A stretch of DNA of 64,000 nucleotides, from the NCBI GenBank assembly GCA_040222015.1, contig JAVJWO010000130.1, positions 32,001-96,000 on the forward strand, read 5' to 3'. This DNA comes from Coleofasciculus chthonoplastes F2-STO-03. GTDB lineage: Bacteria > Cyanobacteriota > Cyanobacteriia > Cyanobacteriales > Coleofasciculaceae. Below are positions 59,462 through 64,000 of the stretch, one piece after another. Made by a program: the position numbers and the translations under genes. The notes below the pieces were generated by a model. It ran no database searches. It was not told the origin of the DNA and saw nothing but the letters and a program-made list of their open reading frames with translations. Within the stretch, counting starts at the first letter, position 1, and each line of letters starts with the position of its first letter.

Positions 59462-60888
59462 TTCCCTTTAAATATTTCACCCTTGATGATCAAGCGTACA
59501 TTATAGAAGCATCTCGTCGTGTGAGGTATACCAAAAATGATGTGGTGGTCTCACAAGGAGAGAAGGCTAAACGAGGGCTGTTTATAATTAGTTCCGGAAT
59601 TGCTCGGGTTGAGATCAATGGAGTAACGATTGCTCGCTGTGGTCCTGGCTCGATTTTAGGGGAATTAAGTTTCCTAGAAGAGTCAGGAGCAAGTTCATCT
59701 ATCATCGCCAACACAGAATTAGAAATTGACATAACGGAAGGCGATATGATTGATAATTTCTGCGCTTCTGTTCCCGGGTTCGCCACTCGTTTTTACCATT
59801 CATTAGCAAGCCTCATGGCACAACGCATCCGAGAAAGGATAGATGGGTCATTCTTAAAAACCAATAACGCCATATCAGCAAGACGAGTTCAACGTACAGG
59901 GCACCTTTCTTTCACTCTTTCACCAGAAATTATATCGGGGGTTGCAGCATTTAAGGCAGAAATGGAGTCCATTGCCCAGATTATCCAAAATGGGCTTCCT
60001 AATCAGACACTTCAAGACCAAGTTACTAATGCCTGCAATGCCCTTCATCATTTGCTGACACAACATATACATGCCAATCCCGGACAAGCCGCCGGGATTG
60101 GAGCTTATATATTTCGGCAAAGTTTTCCATATTTGATGCTGAGTTATGCAAATGATAAAGCCTATACAAAGCCACTTGGTTATCAGGTAGATTACGAACT
60201 CCTTAACTATATTTGTGAGGGCATTCCTCATGGTGATAGTCCACTTGGACAGATGATTGATGAATGGGTGCTTCGACTTCCTTTTATGAATTTACTCCGA
60301 AAACGAGGCAAGGAGATGGCATCTTGTCTATTCAAATTCGCTCAGGAATGGGAAAAAGATATCGCCCTACCGATTACTGTCCTTGGAATAGGGACTTCGC
60401 CAGATGTTTTGGCGTTTGTCACTGACAATTACACATTGCCCATGAATGTTACCTGTATCGATATGGATGCACGGGGCTTTTCGATTGTTAAGAAACAGCT
60501 TGAGGTATTAGGAAATCAGCTATCTGTCTCTTTTGTGCAAGACAGCGTACTCCAAGTCTATCAAGGGAATAGCCGAGTATTGATTGAACCACAAAAAGCC
60601 ATTTTAGGGGCGAATATTCTACATTACCTTGATGATAACGACGTCGTCGAATTACTCAACTGGATATACGAAAAATTATTGCCAGATGGCGTTGTGATTT
60701 TGGGACAAATATCTGAAACAAACCCTGATCGTGTTTACCTTGAATATATTCTTGAATGGTCGTTTTATCATCGAAAGCAGGAGGTATTAAAAGACTTGTT
60801 CGCTCGGTCAAAATTTCGCTATTCCCATATAGAATTCCATTCCGATGGGATTCTACTAATTTTGTCTTGTCGTAAGCGGGTTGAGTAA
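59458..60888 (+). CDS. cNMP-binding domain fused to class I SAM methyltransferase-like domain (PhcB-like)
   Basis: LFIISSG.ARV, GSILGELSFLE; AYTKPLGYQVDY, VTCIDMD, ILHYLDD, LLPDGVVILG, LEWSFYHR. ATGA overlap with the upstream gene. Confidence 0.75.
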   Translation: MIPFKYFTLDDQAYIIEASRRVRYTKNDVVVSQGEKAKRGLFIISSGIARVEINGVTIARCGPGSILGELSFLEESGASSSIIANTELEIDITEGDMIDNFCASVPGFATRFYHSLASLMAQRIRERIDGSFLKTNNAISARRVQRTGHLSFTLSPEIISGVAAFKAEMESIAQIIQNGLPNQTLQDQVTNACNALHHLLTQHIHANPGQAAGIGAYIFRQSFPYLMLSYANDKAYTKPLGYQVDYELLNYICEGIPHGDSPLGQMIDEWVLRLPFMNLLRKRGKEMASCLFKFAQEWEKDIALPITVLGIGTSPDVLAFVTDNYTLPMNVTCIDMDARGFSIVKKQLEVLGNQLSVSFVQDSVLQVYQGNSRVLIEPQKAILGANILHYLDDNDVVELLNWIYEKLLPDGVVILGQISETNPDRVYLEYILEWSFYHRKQEVLKDLFARSKFRYSHIEFHSDGILLILSCRKRVE

Positions 60889-61040
60889 GAATGTTTGAGT
60901 ATTGGCGTAAAGCGAGATGAATTAAGGCATCTAAAAAGGACACTTTGAACAGGAAATAAAGTATTTTATCCCCCTTCAGTGGGGAGTCTAAAGACTAAAC
61001 TTGACTGAAGCTATTTTATCTCAATCCAAGGAGGAACAAT

Positions 61041-61358
61041 ATGATGAAAATTGCCCTAACAAACTTGCCGCCAGAACAGGGAGAGCGGATTGCTCGTTTA
61101 CTTGTAGAAGAACACGTTGTAGCCTGTGTCAACCTGTATCCGATCCAGAGCCTGTATTTTTGGAAAGGAGAAGTTCGTTTGGACGCAGAAGTCACATTGA
61201 TGATGAAAGTCTCAACAGAAGGAGTAGAGCGTTTGAAACATCGCCTCTGTGAGCTTCATCCCTATGAATTGCCGGAGTTTGTTGTTCTTGAGATTGATAA
61301 CGAGGCTTCTCTGCGTGAGTATGTCGAGTTTGTTCGAGATCAAACCCACCTCTCATAA
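61041..61358 (+). CDS. cutA: CutA (PII-like superfamily) protein
   Basis: IARLLVEEHVVACVNL, SLYFWKG, LHPYELPE; RBS AGGAGG. Confidence 0.92.
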   Translation: MMKIALTNLPPEQGERIARLLVEEHVVACVNLYPIQSLYFWKGEVRLDAEVTLMMKVSTEGVERLKHRLCELHPYELPEFVVLEIDNEASLREYVEFVRDQTHLS

Positions 61359-61397
61359 ACTGAATTAGATAATCCTAACCTTCCAGCTAGGTATAAT

Positions 61398-61508
61398 CTC
61401 AGATCTTGCACCATTCTCAATAAAGTTCTACAACCCTTGATATTTCGTTGATCACATCACCAAAAACCTAGCTTTTTCCGGCTTATTGACATTGGTGCAA
61501 GAGTTCAG
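61398..61508. mobile_element. MITE-like element flanked by TATAAT direct repeats
   Basis: TCTTGCACCA (61404) and TGGTGCAAGA (61493) are inverted repeats; TATAAT at 61392-61397 and 61509-61514. Confidence 0.7.
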
Positions 61509-61514
61509 TATAAT
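61486..61514 (+). promoter_or_regulatory. Perfect consensus sigma70 promoter
   Basis: TTGACA (61486-61491), 17 nt, TATAAT (61509-61514); 31 nt before the ATG at 61546. Confidence 0.75.
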
Positions 61515-61545
61515 CTGATTCTGATAAATTAGAGGACGATCATAA

Positions 61546-62103
61546 ATGTTAAGTCAACTATTGCAAAAAAAACACACTAAAAATTTTAAGATATACGATT
61601 TAGATGGAAGTGGATTTGTAGAACTAGCCGATCTAGAACGTTGTGCCAGCAATCTCGCTCAACTACGTAATCAACAATCAGACTCATCAGAAGTTTTAGA
61701 TTTACAAGCAAAATATTTAGCAATTTGGACTAATTTTTGGCAACCTGCTGATATTAATGGTGATGGAAAAGTTAGCTTAGAAGAATACTTGAAGGTAGCC
61801 GAGAATTCGATTAATAATTTCTGGAAAATACCACGACTTCAAAACGCTCATACTAATAAAGCTAATATGATATTCGACATTTTGGATGCTAATAATAATG
61901 ATCAAATTAGCCAGAGCGAATATGAACAATTTTGTCTAGCCGTTGGTCTGAATGAAAAAGATGCTGAAACAGCTTTTATCCATTTAGATAACAACGCTGA
62001 TGGATATATTTCACGCGATGAATATGTCCAAGCATCCCAAGATTTTCATGTCAGTGAAGATGTCAATGCTTCTGGTAATTGGCTTTACGGTTCCTATGAA
62101 TAG
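61546..62103 (+). CDS. Four-EF-hand calcium-binding protein (calerythrin/SCP-like)
   Basis: Loops DLDGSGFVELAD, DINGDGKVSLEE, DANNNDQISQSE and DNNADGYISRDE; C-terminal GNWLYG. Confidence 0.9.
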   Translation: MLSQLLQKKHTKNFKIYDLDGSGFVELADLERCASNLAQLRNQQSDSSEVLDLQAKYLAIWTNFWQPADINGDGKVSLEEYLKVAENSINNFWKIPRLQNAHTNKANMIFDILDANNNDQISQSEYEQFCLAVGLNEKDAETAFIHLDNNADGYISRDEYVQASQDFHVSEDVNASGNWLYGSYE

Positions 62104-62134
62104 GTGTTGCTCTAGTTGCTCTATCTTGAACAGA

Positions 62135-62172
62135 CCCTAACTAATTACAAGTAATCTAGTTAGGGATTCTTT
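62135..62172 (+). terminator. Hairpin downstream of the EF-hand gene
   Basis: CCCTAACTA-ATTAC-AA-GTAAT-C-TAGTTAGGG followed by ATTCTTT. Confidence 0.5.
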
Positions 62173-62563
62173 CCCTGCTGTTACCACTGGGAACCGCTGT
62201 TCTCGGTGGGTATCAGGAACTTGGGTCCTTTATACCCCTCCTTGCCATTTCTGCTAAGGAGCTAAGACTAAAAGTCTTATAAACGCACTAAGATTTTTAC
62301 CCAGTAGATGCGTTACTGTAACAAATAGTCTCTACTGGAACCGCTTATCTTAAGTTTTCTAGGTTCTATAGGTCGTGCCGAACAAGTTAAAAACTGCCGC
62401 CGTACCTGATACTATTGTATAGTATTATTGGGTACTTAACAACTATTTTGTTTCGCTAACCCCATCTAAATCAAAGATTCTAGATAGGGACTGCGCTCAA
62501 CTTTCGTTCAAGCCTAAGTTCACCACTAACTTTCTGACACTGACAGGGGTCTTCTCCCAATTA

Positions 62564-62600
62564 TCATTGGTCATTGGTCATTGGTCATTGGTCATTTGTC
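62564..62600. repeat. 7-bp STRR tract (TCATTGG)n
   Basis: Tandem units downstream of purL. Confidence 0.85.
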
Positions 62601-62622
62601 AGCGGTGAATAGCTCAACACAG

Positions 62623-64000
62623 CTACAAACGACGTTCTAGGGAGTTAAAGAAGCGATCGCTCATATCCGCGATCGCAGCGTTGATCACAGGAGGATGATC
62701 ATTAATTGAAATTTTTAATCCGTCAGATAGAGATGTAACCATCCCCAACCGTTGCCAACCCTGGACAGATTCCCCCAGATACTCCCTCAGGTAAGCCTCC
62801 CAATCCCCTTGGGCTTCCGGCTGCACCGACACCAGAATCCGACTAGCGCCCTCACCAAATAAAATCTCATCCCAACGCCGTTCCAGAGACGTTTCCATTA
62901 ATCCCAATTCAACCTCAGCCCCCAATCCGCCAGAAATACAACATTCCGCCAGCGCCACCGCCAATCCTCCCTCCGCACAATCATGTGCCGAATGCAGGAA
63001 GCTGCGCCGAATTCCCTCGCGACAAGCCGCTTGCACCCGACGTTCTAACTCAAAATCCACGATGGGAGGTTTCCCTGCTACAACCCCATGAATCGCGGCT
63101 AAATATTCCGAACCCCCTAAGGTTAGATGAGGCGTAGTTACAGCTAGCGATAATCCCAATAAATAAATTAAATCCCCTTCATTCTGCCACCCTTGAGCAC
63201 AAATCTGACTTAAATCCGGAATCGCCCCCACCATACCAATCACCGGAGTCGGATAAATCGGTTGGGGATTGCCCTGACTATCCAAGGTTTCGTTATACAG
63301 CGAGACATTTCCCCCCGTCACAGGCGTCGCCAATTCTGCACAAGCCTCAGCGATACCCTGACAAGCCGATGCCAGTTGCCAGTATCCTATGGGCTTTTCT
63401 GGTGACCCAAAATTTAGATTATCGGTGACAGCGACGGGTTCTGCACCCACACAACTTAAATTGCGTGCCGCTTCTGCAACCACCGCCTTTGCCCCTTCGT
63501 AGGGGTCAAGATAGACATAGCGAGAATTACAATCCACCGTAGCCGCGACACCCGATTGGGAATTTCGCCCCGATTCCGGGGGACGTAAGCGGATGATTGC
63601 CGCATCTGCACCACCGGGAAGCATCACAGTATTATTTTGCACCTGATGGTCATACTGGCGATAAACCCAACGTTTTGAAGCAATCGTGGGTGTATCTAAG
63701 AGTTGCAGAAGAATATCCGTCCAGGATTTAGCCTCACCTGAAACTTCAATTCCGGTACTGCTACAACTCGGTAATGACTCAACCGTCCATTGCCAAGCCT
63801 TTTTTGCATACTCCGGCGCTTCGGTCAACACATCCCGATAATAAATTGGCGTATTATCCGATAACGCCGTAGCCGGGATTTCCGCCGCCACTTCACCTTG
63901 AAACAGAATCCGCACAATCGGTTCTTCAATCACCGTACCCGCGACAACCGCCTGCAGTTCCCAACGGTGAAAAATATCAATTAACTCCTGTTCTCGTCCT
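62623..64000 (-). CDS. purL: Phosphoribosylformylglycinamidine synthase subunit PurL, 3' part
   Basis: [51 protein letters not shown]; the frame continues past the window end. Confidence 0.97.
   Translation of the reverse strand, partial: GREQELIDIFHRWELQAVVAGTVIEEPIVRILFQGEVAAEIPATALSDNTPIYYRDVLTEAPEYAKKAWQWTVESLPSCSSTGIEVSGEAKSWTDILLQLLDTPTIASKRWVYRQYDHQVQNNTVMLPGGADAAIIRLRPPESGRNSQSGVAATVDCNSRYVYLDPYEGAKAVVAEAARNLSCVGAEPVAVTDNLNFGSPEKPIGYWQLASACQGIAEACAELATPVTGGNVSLYNETLDSQGNPQPIYPTPVIGMVGAIPDLSQICAQGWQNEGDLIYLLGLSLAVTTPHLTLGGSEYLAAIHGVVAGKPPIVDFELERRVQAACREGIRRSFLHSAHDCAEGGLAVALAECCISGGLGAEVELGLMETSLERRWDEILFGEGASRILVSVQPEAQGDWEAYLREYLGESVQGWQRLGMVTSLSDGLKISINDHPPVINAAIADMSDRFFNSLERRL

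Noticed and set aside
61001..61252. 83-aa ORF overlapping cutA
   Set aside because: Alternative frame; cutA has the RBS and family motifs.
62175..62560. Possible riboswitch or ncRNA downstream of purL (CCAGTAGA...TCTACTGG hairpin, repeated GGAACCGC)
   Set aside because: No match to a motif I recognise; may be decayed repeat ends.

Overview
Chromosomal window from a cyanobacterium, probably filamentous: HIP1 octamers (GCGATCGC), 7-bp STRR tracts and GTAG-type REP palindromes are frequent, and psbQ, a flavodiiron gene and kai genes are present. Housekeeping genes (treY/treZ, psbQ, hemB, a dppC-like permease, a flavodiiron protein, purF, purL) alternate with accessory blocks. (1) Convergent 6S RNA and Yfr2-like ncRNA candidates at 3.2-3.5 kb. 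(2) An AT-rich segment at 5.3-9.8 kb: a truncated ORF plus a UPRTase-like gene bracketed by a duplicated gene end, an ADP-ribosylglycohydrolase remnant, an orphan ParA pair and a Panacea toxin-antitoxin pair. (3) A KaiA-less kaiC2-kaiB-kaiB cluster co-oriented with hybrid kinases and a diguanylate cyclase. (4) A TnpA-less IS607-type TnpB element carrying a small divergent ORF, inserted at a GG core inside an Rpn-like pseudogene. (5) A nitrogen/glutamate cluster with an NtcA box: divergent class I glutamine amidotransferase-like gene, amt, GluR0-type K+ channel, orphan binding protein, gltS, a catalytically degenerate cyclase and a cNMP-domain MscS channel. (6) A five-gene island between purL and purF (atypical RpiB, two methyltransferase-fold proteins, CutA, four-EF-hand protein), where a MITE end creates a perfect TTGACA-17-TATAAT promoter. 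No rRNA, tRNA or CRISPR array was seen. All calls come from reading motifs by eye; no database search was run.
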